NCBI GenBank assembly: GCA_918797485.1
Contig: CAKKNE010000006.1
Coordinates: 1,860,001 to 1,924,000 of the forward strand
Length of the DNA stretch: 64,000 nucleotides
Origin: Pelagomonas calceolata
Lineage: Eukaryota
Direction of reading: 5' to 3'
Part shown: piece by piece, positions 34,878 to 48,175 of the stretch
Numbering within the stretch: position 1 is the stretch's first letter
How the letters are laid out: each line of letters opens with the position of its first letter
Made by a program: the position numbers and the translations under genes
Notes under the pieces: generated by a model
The model's database searches: none
What the model was told of the DNA's origin: nothing
The model's input: only the letters and a program-made list of their open reading frames with translations

Positions 34878-35976
34878 GTCGACAACAAGCATCGATTGCG
34901 ACTGACACCCCCTGAGTCGTACAAGATCGATTTAAACACGATCTGGCTCGATTGGCCGCACTGCGTGCAGTCACGTAGCTATTTGCGGAGCTCCAAAGTT
35001 TCACCTCGCAAGCCTACGACGAGCCCCAGCATACAAACCTATAGAGCTAGGTCCGGTACTAGTACATCGCCGGTGGTTTAACGGACCCGGCGGTGCCAGT
35101 GCCCTTCTGTCGACCCCGGGCCCACTGGCATCCCTGGGCCTCACTGCCAAGGGCTACTTTGGCTACGATATAAGCTATAGAAGCCGGGGTGTGCCAGTGA
35201 ACTTGAACTTGAACTTGAAGTAGCGGCATCATGATAGGGTTAGTACATTTCAAGTTCAACGACGCCGCAAATTGAACCGACTCTGAATTCCATCCGGCCG
35301 CCGCGGCCGCGGCGACGCCGGCTGCCCACGCTCAGGCTGCACCGTGACAACTTCAAGTTGAACTTGAAAACTTTGCATGGCAGCCGAGAATATCATATTC
35401 AACCGACGAGCCACCCTGGCTTGGCAAAGTTCTTCGGGTTCCGAGTCTCGGCAAGCCCAGCCGGTCCAGATCGATCCCTCTATAGCCCTCCGTCTGGAGG
35501 CCTCTCCTGGGGGGCGGCCGGCCCCGGGCCGGCCCGGGGCCCGGGCCCGCCGGGCGACCCCATTACAGGTTTTACACGATATTGGCGTTCCCAGACGAAC
35601 TGTAAGGGAGCCCCCTCAGGCTCTGGGGACCTGTGGACCGGAGCGTCCTGCGGGCAAGGACGCGTCACGGTCATGGCATTTCACTACTAGTAGTAAAGGG
35701 CGGCGGCTGTCACAGCGGTACGCCGTGTGCTCTTTCCGTCGACGTGTTGCGTGTGTTGCGCAGTCGTCCGGCCCAGCAGGCTTCCCAGGCTTCAGCTGGC
35801 TTCCCAGGCTTCCCCACAAGTATACTACCGCAGTAGTAGATCCGAGTACGACGTACCTACGGTACCGTAGGTACCTACGGTACTCTCGGTGGCACACACT
35901 GATTAAGGCCGGTGTTTAATCGGGTCGTGACTACCGAGTCATGGTTTAAGTGGAAGACCAGGTATCTCCCCTCGAT

Positions 35977-36457
35977 ATGGGTTTTAGGCTTACGGAGATA
36001 GCGGTCGAAATATTCGCTGTTAGTAATCTCGATTAATTGAGCTGGGGTAACTATCTAAGACAACCTAGGCTGGAGATGGGGTGAACTATCCGCGGCAAGG
36101 CCAAACTGTGACTGTCCACTACAGTGGCTACGTAAGCATAATAGTGTGATATTTTACGTACGGCCGACCTTGCACAGCTACCTAATGGTGAAATATTCGA
36201 TTCATCAAGAGACAGAGGCAAGCCATTCAAGTTTAAGCTGGGTGGCGAACAGGTCATCCCGGGACTTGATGCTGGGGTATCACAGCTGAGCATTGGCGAA
36301 CGTGCGAAAATATCGATTCCTTCAGATATGGCCTACGGTATTGTGTATATCCCTGATATTATCCCACCAGGCCTCATTAGGTGAGCGTGGCTTTCCTGGG
36401 CTAATACCAAGAAACTCGGCTCTTGTATTCGACCTGGAACTCATTACATTTAGTTAG
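35977..36457 (+). CDS. FKBP12-type peptidyl-prolyl isomerase (absent from the ORF track)
   Basis: Spliced: MGFRLTEIAVEIFA|AGDGVNYPRQGQTVTVHYSGY|LPNGEIFDSSRDRGKPFKFKLGGEQVIPGLDAGVSQLSIGERAKISIPSDMAY|GERGFPGLIPRNSALVFDLELITFS. GT-AG introns 36019-36068, 36132-36177, 36338-36380. Confidence 0.93.
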
Positions 36458-38003
36458 GTATCGAGTGGGAACGGCAGGCCCGCACAAAGGGGGAGGGGGG
36501 GGGCAGCCGGCCTAGCGCCCGATGTCTGGTACCCTGACGGGGAGTGGTCCTTGAGGCGTAGGGGAGCGGCCTTATCATAAGAAAAACAGATTGATTAGTA
36601 TCTCTCGGCGACTGCCACGGCGCGGATGCAAGATCAAAATCGCCCCTAGCAATAGCTCGACCGCTCCGGACCTCGGCCATAGCCCCTTGGTTGGTTCTGA
36701 GGCCGCTACAGAGGTCTTCAACCCCGCAGCGCCGCCATTCAGCCCGCCGTACACAACTCTCTCGACGTCTCGGCCGGGCCTTCACGCGCACCACCGGTCC
36801 AATCTGAGCAACCTAAGGCCGCGGTGCGCCTTTTGTGGTCCCATACGACCTTACTGTGACGCTTATAACGATTTGCCGTTTTAGGAAAAAGGCCGAGTTC
36901 AGCGTCCGCGTTCTATGCGCAGCCGACATCAAATTCCAAGCGGGCTTGCTCCGTGTAGTCGATGGGGTGCTTGGGCCGGCGCACTGCCGCAGCCTCCGCA
37001 TCTAGTCCGGTGTGGCGCACTAGAATCAGTCCGTTGCCGGGTTGCGATCGTACCAATCCCCATGAAAAGTTGAGGGGCGCTTTTGTGCCCCCAGGGGAGT
37101 CCAAAGATGGAGTACCCCCGCACAAGCTCCCCGGGAAGCAACTTGAACCGGCTAGCCCCCCCACCGTGACCCCACCCCACAATACGAATCTATGCGATTC
37201 AGAGGGTCTATGCAGAGGGCTCGCCGGCAAAGTAGTGTAGGCTATAAAAGCGGGTAGTTCAAGTTTAATAGCTGGGTCCGTTGGAAGGTGCGATAGCCGA
37301 CTCTGACTCGGAGTCAGACTCTGAACTTGAAACTGCCGAGGATTGTCATTGATTCTGATTAAGAGGACATTTACGGGGCAGCCTTGTCTTTTAGGGGCAG
37401 TGTGCGCGCGGACGTCGAACGCGACCCTCTAGGCAAGAGGGCTCTAGGGGGTCGCGTAAGCGCAAAAATCAAACTAATAGACACGACCCACGGCCCATTC
37501 CCATCAAACGTAGATGCTACTAGTAGTATGATACTAGTACTGGCTTGAGTGCTTGAGTATAGTGGCATCCCGGGCCCTCTCCGTCTGTCCAATATTGGTA
37601 GGGCCGTCAATCCGTGGCTCCGGAGCACCACGGAGGTGCAACACCTGCGTGTGAACAAGGGCGCCGCTGATCTCTCGATTGCCAACAGTGTGGACGTTGG
37701 CGTGTTCAAGTTTCAAGTTCAAGTTCCGGCGAGTCAAAGGGCCCTCGAAATGTGGGGGCGGGTTCAAGTTGGACCCATCGAGTGCGCCGGTTCAGGCTTG
37801 GTGGCAGCAATATATAAACAAAGAACCAAGGAAACACGTACAGGTGTGTCAGTCTAGTGTGTCAGCATCCCACGGGGAATACTTGAAACTTCAAGTTAAA
37901 ACAACAAGTACCGTAGGTATCTCGTGGTGCCAGTGCCGGTACCTACGGGATGTGCCACAGTGGTGCGTAACGAGACAGCCAATACACCCATTTGTTTACC
38001 TGC

Positions 38004-39817
38004 ATGACTGGCGCTCGGCTAGCTCTCTGCAGCATGGGCTTGGGGGTTCTACGGCAGTGTATCTCTGTCAGTGGCCTCGGGAATATATTCACACCTCGGG
38101 GCAAAATGCGAGAACTAACAGGTTGGACTTCGTCATCAGGTCTAGGTGTCCAACGGATGCTATGCGCTAGTTTTGCAAAAGAAGCAACGGGTGGAGATTC
38201 CATCATGAATACCTTTGGCGCACCGCTGCCTCCTGTAGAGCTGGCAATTGATGCGGAGCGCATCGAAGTGGCAACAGATGGTTTTAACGGAGAGCACGAA
38301 GTAACAGCCGTTGCGGTAAGAGTTGTGCAACAACTGCGAGGATCAGCTCCCTACATGGACCTACATCGTGATTCTAGCATGGTAGTGCATCTTTGTTAGC
38401 TGCTGTGTCTCACAGGATCCTTGTAGAGTTATTCATGAGTGCAGGTAGCGAAGTTCTTGAAGATGAAGACATGTTCCAGGGAATAATGGATGATCTAGCA
38501 ACGTTACACGTGCTCGGGGTAAAGCTGGTGATTCTAGCAAGTGTGCGATTTCAAGTAGATAGAAGATTGCAAGTGGAAACAGGCGATGTAGGGGTCCGTG
38601 TACGAGGCCTGCGGGTTACTGGCCCAAAAGAGCTGGCAGCGGTTCAAGTCGAGTGTGGCCTTGCCAGGTCACGAGTTGAGGCTGCTCTGTCTAGGGCGCT
38701 GCGAAGTGGGGGTGCATCTCATGGGCGGTCGACGATTGGAGTGGACGTAGTTAGCGGCAATGGGTTCGTTAGTGGGCGACCAGTGGGGGTAGTTGATGGC
38801 ATAGACACCGGATTTACGGGTGCAGCACGACTAGTGGATGCAGCAAAAATTTCAAGGCATCTAGATGCAGGTGAAATTGTCTTGTTGTCTGCGCTCGCAT
38901 ACTCGCCGTGGGGGGACACCTTTAATGTACGCACTGAAGAGATCGCAGCTCGTGCAGCCCCTGCCTTGCTTGCGAGCAAGCTAATCTTTGTTACTGCAGG
39001 CCACGAGTTTGCTTGGAAAGATATAAATATTCCTCCTGAATCGACTTCTCGTCGTGTTGCTAGCCTCAGACTCGATGATGCCCGCAAGCTTCTCGAACGT
39101 CGAGAGGAGCTTTCTCGTGCTGGCTCCTGTGGTGTTGCAGCTCAGCTTCTCGATCTCACTCACTGGTGCGTTAGTGCGCTCGAACAAGGCGTCACGCGTG
39201 CACACCTTATTGCCCCAACTGACGGGGCTCTTCTCCGGGAGCTATATACACGGGATGGCGCGGGAACGCTTATCTCTCGTGACATCTACGAAGGCATTCG
39301 GTCAGCTACTTCGTCTGACATTGACTCTTTAGTTAGCCTTATAGCACCACTGGAAATTGACGGGACGCTCCTAGCACGTCCAAGGCCAAAACTGCTTGAA
39401 GAAGTCAAGCGCGGTTGCTTTTACGTTCTCTCTAGAGACGACCTCCCCATCGCCTGCGCATCCCTCAAAAGGCTCGATGCTGCCGGTACACTTGCCGAGC
39501 TAGGGTGCCTTGTTGTTGCTCAAAAGTACCGTCGACAATCGAAGGGGGATGCTCTTTTATCATATTTGGAACGTGTCGCTATTGCGGCCGGAGTCCAGAA
39601 ACTATTTGCACTTTCCACCAAAACTATGCATTGGTTCATTGAGCGAGGATTTAGCCAGGTTTCATTAGCATCCCTTCCACGGGAGAGGCAGGCTATCTAT
39701 GACAATCTTAGGAGACCAAAGATTTATTGTAAGACCCTAAAGGGAGACCGGGATGTCGATGTTGAGGATGCATTTTGGACCCGTAGACATGCAGAAGGTG
39801 AATTTGAAATTCTGTAA
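38004..39817 (+). CDS. argA: N-acetylglutamate synthase, ArgA/plant type (AAK + GNAT domains), with N-terminal extension
   Basis: PYMDLHRD, GVDVVSGNGFVSGRPVGVVDGIDTGFTG, LLRELYTRDGAGTLI, LSTKTMHWFIERGF. Intron 38395-38444. Start codon uncertain. Confidence 0.9.
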
Positions 39818-41312
39818 ACCCTGAATAATTTCTAATTGTTATCGACAACCCCCGGGCCCCGGCAGAGAGCTTCGACTTGGGTAAATCCCTAGCCAAGCGG
39901 ATGACTCGGAAGAGTCCAAGTCGATCCGAAAGACCTGACTCAAAGCTGCCCAAGTCTCAATGAAATCGAACCAAAAAGTGTGGCGTCATTGTTGAGAATG
40001 GATGCGACCCCACAGACGCGCAACGGCAGACGCGCAATTACAAATTGGACTCGGGCAGAGGTGGGCTCGACTCGCGCCGAACTTCTCCGATGGGCCATCC
40101 CCGTTCCGCCAGACCCAGGCGTGCGACAGGCGCGCAGGCGCGCGACCTCAACGGCCACGGAGAACCGTAGTAGCAGCCTGGAGATGAACCCGTTTCTCAG
40201 AGTGTGGTCACGTGTCGGTGAGGCGCATGGAATGTGTCCGGATGTGAGTCAGCTTTTCCGGCGCTGCTAATGCAGAATGTTGCGACGAGTTCCGCGCTCG
40301 TCCTTTAGTTCATAGCCGCTGACATAGCCGCTGACGTAGCCCTGAAGTGAGCAACCTCATAAACTAAGATTCCTTCTATAGTACCCGCCCATCAGATCGG
40401 GCCTGGTGCGCCGCGAAAACACTGCTCCATACAGTCACGAGTGAGCGCGAGCTTCTTTGCCCTGGGCGACGCGGTGGCGGCGAGAACCGCCCGACTCGGA
40501 CGCCCCCCAAACCTCTTGAGCGTCCCGATTATTTTGCGGCGCCGCACGGCATCGTACCTAGACTCGCTATCATGCGAATGACGCAAGATCCAAAGGTGTA
40601 CGCGCCTCAGGCTGACGCTAACTTTTCCGTTTTAATACTAGTAGCTTGAACCCCGAACTTGCTGGGAACCTCACTAGGTGGATGGATCTTACCACACCGG
40701 AGCAGGGGGCGTAGACCGAGCGGGGAACCTAGGGGGACCGCCCGCGCCCAGGCAGGAAAACCCCGCACATTAGTGCAAATAGAGCTTTTCCGAGCAATCA
40801 AGCGGTCCGTGTCGATGGCGTATATATACGTGTCGTGAAGTACGTGACGCAATCCACAAACGCGTCCGCAGAGCGCAAATCGTCGACGCACTCGTTTACA
40901 GTCAAATCCTCATCGCGGCACAAAATCCTTCTGGTCAGATATTCGCCGCGTCGGAGAAGCCCCGGCGAGATTTGGTGCCGGAGAGCAACATGCTGTTCAT
41001 CGGCGCCGCGGCGTCCCGGGGAACATCCGGCCTTATGGTGAATGTACCGACGCTGACCCGTGTTGGTGTCAAATGGACCCCGGGGCTGCGTGCGCGCGGT
41101 TCTATGATAGTCACAGCCCGGCGGGCATAGAGCCCATGCCAGTCACAGCCCGGCGGGCCTTCGAGTTTACTCAGGCTCACTGGCATTCTAAGTTTCGAGT
41201 TTCGAATGGTCTGACCTTGAGTAGTTCAAGCCTGAGTTCAAAGTTCAGTGGCTAGGTACAGTGGCTAGTATGATGTGTGTTCCTAACTCCTCCCCAGCAA
41301 ACCGTGACCGAT

Positions 41313-43151
41313 ATGGCAAACCGTGATTTGTCAAATGAATTGAATCGTACACACCGACGTGTTGGGGCTGTGATTAAAAGAGTTGAAACATTGGTGCAAG
41401 AAGTAGAAGAATTACGACAAACCCAAGAGGCGCTCGTTGCGAGGGTTGGTGTCACAGCAACGACGGGCCGCGTCGACCCTGTTGCGGTCTCTGCGGTGGA
41501 AGGCAAGATCGAGCGACTCAGAGGAGAAGTCTCCAGGTTGGAAAATCGTGCCGAGACTGGCATGGCGACTATGCAATCGGTGCTACGGGATACAGTACCT
41601 GGAACAAAATTGCTTGAACAAGAGCAGAATGCCGTCAACCAATCCGAATTTTATGTAGTTAAAGAGCGTCTGCGCATGTGCGAGGATCAGGTTGCGGTCT
41701 TAACCGCCGTAAAACAACAAACTCTTGACACAGGCAAGGTAGAGCGGCCAGACACCAATGTACGTGAGAACGACTTAATGCAGCTGGAGGCAGGACTGCA
41801 AACTAGACTCATGAGCTTGATTCAGAAAGTATCATCAGGCATGGCATGGACTATGGAGCAACTAGCGGCAAAGCTGAACGAGCTTCATCAAAATATTGAG
41901 TTAGAGGGGGTAGCGAGGTTAAAAGTTGAGGAATCGATGACGGGTGTCATTGAAAAGGCTGTGTGTGGTGTCGCAAAAGCCACTAACCACGAGATTTTGT
42001 GCTGTATGAATAAAATAAGACAACTCGACGTAAAACTCAGCTCATTTAATACATCCATTCATGGTAAGGTAGAAAAGAGATGCTTGCGCCTCGAAGAATT
42101 TCTGGCGATTGTAAATGCAGAATGTAAGAAAAGCATAGGAATCCTCAGGGATGAAACGACGCAGATCACGCACTCAATTCTTGATGAGCTAGTACGTGGG
42201 AAAGATGCACGTGTGCTTTCTACTGTAACTGACCTAAGTAAATCAAAACAGCAGCTCAATTCAATCAATGAAATCCAGTGCACTGCGAGCAGAATGGCGC
42301 ACGAAGTTCAGCACATTGCAATCATCAGGCTTTTGGCAAAGGATCTCAATGCACAGAAGCAGCAACATGAAGAGTCTCTTTCCGAGACTATCAAATTCCT
42401 CGGTAACAAGATTGATAGGGAATTGGCCAAAATCAACTCAAAATGCACCAAGTCCTTTGAGGAAGCTGAGAGGCGTGCAAGATGCATCTCGGACGATCTT
42501 AGGAGCAAGCAGAATACAATTGAAGTAAAGTTGGTTCTTGCAGAAATGGTTATGCATCTGGCTGAGACTGAGTCTATGGAAAACCTAGATACATTTATGG
42601 CGGGGTGCATCGCCAAGGATGCCGCCCACGTGCAATCTGGAAAGCAGCAATTTCAGATTTTGGAGGCAGCCCTTGCTGCCAAAGCTGTAAAAATGCGAGA
42701 TGCTGACAGGGCTGAGGCCCGTCTATGGTACAAGCAACAGAAAAATGCCAACAAGATGATCCTCGATCGAGTCAAAGGCAACAGGCATAACTTTCAGCAG
42801 GCTACAATTGACTTAGAGGACAAATATACTACCATATACCAGGCGACTGTCGAACTAGCAGCTCGTATTGAGTCTAATAACGTTTCTCGATGCCTGGTAG
42901 AGGCCATAGTCGAGCGCGAGAGGCAAACACAAGCCATAAAGATGACTCATGCAATTAGTGCTTTCAGTTTGAAACTCAAGACCCTCGAGGATAATCTGGA
43001 CAGCAAGTTTATCAATCGAATTTCCATGGTAGAAGAGGTTGTGGCTAAAGTGGCATCGGATTGGGAAACAGCCGTTCGAGCAGCAGTCACGGCCTTTCGA
43101 CCGTCGGAACGTCACAGAACGCCTGGGTTTGTCCGTCGCGTGTTTCCCTAG
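41313..43151 (+). CDS. Coiled-coil hypothetical protein
   Basis: Long intronless ORF rich in E/K/L/Q heptads. Confidence 0.75.
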   Translation: MANRDLSNELNRTHRRVGAVIKRVETLVQEVEELRQTQEALVARVGVTATTGRVDPVAVSAVEGKIERLRGEVSRLENRAETGMATMQSVLRDTVPGTKLLEQEQNAVNQSEFYVVKERLRMCEDQVAVLTAVKQQTLDTGKVERPDTNVRENDLMQLEAGLQTRLMSLIQKVSSGMAWTMEQLAAKLNELHQNIELEGVARLKVEESMTGVIEKAVCGVAKATNHEILCCMNKIRQLDVKLSSFNTSIHGKVEKRCLRLEEFLAIVNAECKKSIGILRDETTQITHSILDELVRGKDARVLSTVTDLSKSKQQLNSINEIQCTASRMAHEVQHIAIIRLLAKDLNAQKQQHEESLSETIKFLGNKIDRELAKINSKCTKSFEEAERRARCISDDLRSKQNTIEVKLVLAEMVMHLAETESMENLDTFMAGCIAKDAAHVQSGKQQFQILEAALAAKAVKMRDADRAEARLWYKQQKNANKMILDRVKGNRHNFQQATIDLEDKYTTIYQATVELAARIESNNVSRCLVEAIVERERQTQAIKMTHAISAFSLKLKTLEDNLDSKFINRISMVEEVVAKVASDWETAVRAAVTAFRPSERHRTPGFVRRVFP

Positions 43152-43904
43152 TCACCAGGAGATGTGGACGAGGCCAGATTTGACGGTCCATTGCGAGCTA
43201 GCCGCGTGTCTGTCAAACTCTCGTAGAACGGGGGTGTGACCCACGCGAGACCGGAGCGCACGGCGGGTTGAGCAGCGAACGACATGTCTGGGGGGTGTGG
43301 CGTGGTGTGATCTTAACTGATCTGATCTTACGTTGTCGCCCACTGGCACCATATGGCACCATTCACCAGTCTGCCAGTGAACACTGCAAGGTAGGAATTG
43401 TTTTCCTGGCTCTAGCTAGCAAGAGGCCGCTCCTCCTGTCAAGACGGGAAGAGCGGGTCATTGACGGCAACATAGGCCAAAATCGCGGCCGGGGCCCCCG
43501 GGGTGGGGATTCCGACGAGACGGGAAGACACTCAGCAGTAAGACAGGGAAACAGTAAGAGATTTTTAGCTAAAAATAGCCAAAAGGTTGCGCTGGGCGAG
43601 GGGGGGGGTCGTTACCAACGAGACACGAAGACAGGTTCTGAGCAAGAAAAACCTGCCCAACACCATTGACAGGCGTAGGTCGCCGACAGTAGACTAAATG
43701 CCAGCACTGGCATCCCTGAAATGCCGGAGCGCTCAAGCGAAGGAAGGGGGTCTGTGGTAAAATTCGAAAAATATAAACTCAAGAATTTACAGTTTGTATG
43801 TTTGCCAAGTGTACTTGGGGAAGCGTCCGTACACTAGCGAGTGCCCGGGCCGGGAAGCGCCGAGTTAGCCGAGGAAATTCGCCCTTCAGTGTATCTCTTT
43901 CATT

Positions 43905-46900
43905 TCAAGCCGCTACAAGCAGGATGTTCCCTGCGAGATTCATGACCAGCACTTGGCCTGAGATCGCATCATCTGTTAGCAGCGAGATGAGAACATTGTC
44001 GATGTTGGTCTCGAGGAGAAGATTTCTTGGATTGTCCATTGTAGCAAGAGTCGCCCTGAGAATTTCAAGTAGGGTTTTCCTTGTAATTGCGCTGGTATAT
44101 CTTTCGAGTTTGTGGCCGATTTCAAGAACAAATAGATACCTCTTTAAATCAGCTGACACATCTAGGAGCGCCCTTACAAAACGAGGAGATGTATTGCAAG
44201 CATCAAGTAGTGGTTCTAGAGCCTGTTCAAACTCCGCCCCATCCAATCTTTGAAAAAGAAACACCATTGACTTTGCACAATAGGGTTCAGACATCGCAGA
44301 TTCGACTGAAATGTCGGCCTTAAGCCAAGAGCTCAGAGCAGCGAGTGCTCTTACACACCAGTAAGCTTCATCCAATAGTCGAACGTAAAGACGGACACCT
44401 CCGGCACGCCAGAGCTCTGCGGCAACATCGCCTTGGTTGTCACTGGCTGCCACATGACAGAGTTCACACAGAATGGCAAGAGCAAATTGTTTCAAATGCC
44501 TTCGTCTTGCAACACATGTAGCCAATAAGGTTGCAGCACCACATCTTGCAGCCCGAGCCAGCCGCGAACGATCGATGCGACACAGGTAGTACACAATTGG
44601 CACTAGCTGATCTTCAAGCTCATCTCGACGAGGGACTAGTCTCTTTGTGAATCCATCACCTTTGACAGCGCCCACCTGGGCAACTTCAAGGACAACAACA
44701 ACCGTCTCAATAGCTCCACAACTAGCTAATGAATCTAATGCCGCTGCACTTGTCATACTGATTGCCTTTAATGTTTTGAGCAATCCCACAGTGAGTTTAG
44801 CGTCAGCGTCCCCATCAGAGCCTTGCTCCCAGGCGTCTCGGACCCGCTGAGGAAACTCAGCCAGTACACCCAAGACTATGGTTGCTGTCTTCGATGCGGC
44901 AATGGCCTCCTTTACCACAGTATCTGCGTCGGAAAGGGCAGCAAGAGCATTAGCCATCAACTCTGCAGAATATCTGTCTGGGGAGGAGGAATTAGCGCAA
45001 AGATTTGCCTCTAGGGACGCAGCAAGTTTTGAAGGTGTGTCCCTCAATGCAAGTGCACGACAGAGAGCAGCCCTCGAGGGATTCTGTAATTGCAGTTTCA
45101 CTGTCTTGACGTCGAGAGCTCGAACAAGAAATTCAACGCTGGCCAGAATAGCTATGCACTGAGAGCTAAGTCCTGCGGCCTTGTCACGTGGCATTAACAA
45201 TTCGACAGCAAGCTGCAGGCCCCCACTGAATAGAAATACTCTCAGGCAAGGCCCTGAACAGCGCAGGCCAAAAATGTTCAAAACGGTGCCAAGCAGACCC
45301 AAAACTCTATCGTCAAGTTTGGTAATTGGTATCAGAGATGTGAGCACGGGTGCGATCCCCAAGGCCGTTAGTAAGTCTGCCGCGTTCGGAACAGCAAATA
45401 GGATGATGCGCAGCGCTTGGAGGACTTCAATAGCACATCCCTGTGATCTCAAAGCTTCAACAAGCGAAATTGCACCCAGCTCAGAGAGAATATGCTCTTC
45501 GTCAACCATCGGTTTAACAAGTGTGAATAGTCTTAATAAGACCTGGTCACCTTTTTTAACAGACGCTGCAAAATCAAACAGGAGTTCGTTAATCTCCTCT
45601 TGCTTCTTCATGTTTCTGTCCCGCAAGTCATTGTGAACAAAATCTTCAGCATCTTCAAAGAAACCGACCGTGAACGGGTCTAAAACATCAGCCTTCGTGT
45701 CGAGAGAGGCCCCAAACTTGCTTCTTGACAATTCTCTACGCGAGCCTGCATCGTGTGGTTTAACATCCCACTTAGCTTCACTTGAAAATGAGTTGTTTAA
45801 TGGCAAGACCTCATCCCTAGCACCTTGCCAGCCATTCCCCACTGGGCCATTTGGACAAGACACGGAGCCAATTCCATCAAAAATCTTGCAGACATCAAAG
45901 CCGTCTTCAATTTGATCTTCTTCATCTTCTCGATATTTCCTCAACGCCTGGCTGTCCGCAACTGCTGGTTTTAGGGTAGGTGCAACGACGCCAGCAGAAT
46001 TAATATGCTCAGTTGAAACTGACTTTGACCCACTGGCGCCGCGACTTGTTCGTTGCAGCTCATCCTTGCCGTTAAGAGACGAAACATGGCGACTCGGCTG
46101 TTGTGAAGTCATTGAAACTGGGGGCTGGAAACAACTAGGAGGTGTCGCTGGGAATCCAGCAGCCTCGGAGGGGCTTAGCGGGGGTGCACGTTGCAGCCAT
46201 GCATGACCCAGAAGTACTCGGGCATTAGCGCGCAACGCAGCTTCACGATTAAAGCATTGAAGTAAAAAGTCGCGCAGAGCCTCACTCGCACCAGCAGGAA
46301 GCCTAGGTACGTCATCTTGCACAATCCGAAACAGTGCTGCCATGGGTGCCAGATCGAAATGTGGAGGCTTTCCTGTTGTGAGCTCAAGAATCGTGCAACC
46401 AAGACTCCAGATGTCACAGGCCGCGGAGGGTGTTGCAGACATCTCAATGATCTCAGGTGCCATCCAGTAGGGGGACCCAACCATGTCATCATCAAGATCA
46501 GCACCTGCAAACGACGCTGCTCGTGCCTACATCAAGCCATTAAATTGCGTTAACATGGTCGCCTCTAAGCAACTCTGAAGGGTTGACAGCTACACCAAAA
46601 TCTGCTACTTTTGCCACACCAGTTTTGGTTGTTAAGATGTTAGCCCCCTTGATATCTCGATGAAGCACACCTTGTGCGTGAAGGTACTCAAGCCCAAAGA
46701 GCACCTAACCGCAGTATTAGGTGAGGTGAATTATTGCGCTTAATACTAGCCTGGTTAACGTATGAACTACATACCGGCTCCGAGAAATCTCCAAAGAGCT
46801 TGCGCACAGAGGCCTACTAACATGGAACTTGTATTGAATGGCAACCGCGAAATTCACATACGAGGCTACCATTTTCCATGTATTCAAGAACGACATGCAG

Positions 46901-47131
46901 ACCCTCGCTGTCATTTATAGCGCCCAAATATTTAACAATATTAGGATGGTCCAATTTGCTCAGAAGATCTAACTCGGTCAATACCGCCTTGATGTCATTG
47001 CTGCTTCTTTCAAACTTTTTGATAGCTACAAATGCGCCTGTCTCGCGCTGCCAAGCCTGATGCACCACTGCACTGCTACCTTGTCCAATGACCGCACCAA
47101 GACTGTAATTACCAACGAGATTTAGGGCCAT
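43905..47131 (-). CDS. STE-family kinase, Cdc15/Cdc7/SepH/MAP3K-epsilon type, with C-terminal ARM-like region
   Basis: [52 protein letters not shown]. Introns 46814-46861, 46705-46750 (GC-AG), ~46505-46562. Confidence 0.9.
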
Positions 47132-48175
47132 CCACGCCGTTTCTCATAACAAGCCTGCGTTATGGCCTCCTTTTGGCAACAGAAACATGAAACCATGTAG
47201 TAAGATCTATCTCGCCGCGCAAGTTGTTGCTCATGACTACCGAGAAAATCTAGTATGTTATATACTGGCACAGAATAATCCGGCAAACTCGGGAGAGGGC
47301 CAAGGTGTAAATGGGTGGGAAGACGGGGGAATGGGGGGGAGGTCCCGCTGGGGCAACTGTTCCTTATGATGTCCGTGGGCTGCATGCAGCGCAGGATGCA
47401 ATTTGGGCAGCGCCGCGCGGAGATAGGAGCTCAAAACTCAAAAATTAAACCCGCACCGCCGCGGAGAGCAAAAATAAATCGCGCCACGAGCCTAGCGCAC
47501 TGGGAAGCGGTCAAAGACGCACCATAATTGTCACGGAGCCACCTGACATGCTTGCCGACGTCCCTGCCGATTTTGGGGGCTGCCCGCGGCGCTCACGGTG
47601 AGCAGCACGACCTCCAAGTTGGCGGCGCCGTCGCGATCGCCCCCTTTGCTTCGCGTGGCCCGCCAAACACGTTCTACTACCTCTGGAGGGCTGCGCGGCT
47701 GACAGCATCTTCCCGACGCGCGGTCGTCCGGCGGCTCACCGCGTGCCCAGCACAGTATCACGCGGGACGCGTCGTGAGACCTCAGACCGTTTTCGGGATG
47801 GTCGGTGGCTGCGTGGATCGGCACTTCCCTTTATGGACGGTACTTCTTTTCTTCGTCTGCCGTCGCGCGGAGACCGCCGTCCACGTCAACGGCCTCTAAA
47901 GTGTCGTCCACCGCCTGCCTGTTGTGTGTTCCTGCTGATACGTTCCTAATACATCTATTTGAACATACTAGACCCCCAGGGCCCCGTCCCCGCGCTAACC
48001 CGCGGACCAGCAACTGGGTCAGAGGTACGCACCTTTTGGAGTGCAGTGGCTGAAACAGTCCGCCGGGGAGCTACCCTTAAACCCGGATCATGCCTCTTGG
48101 AGATGCCTTAACCTCCCTTAAAGAGTTCAAACTCATTTCTAGAGAGTTTAGGTTACGACTAGTAGTCGATTTAAC

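Noticed and set aside
228..46861. Active introner family
   Set aside because: The ~25 introns inspected share no internal sequence similarity or TIRs.
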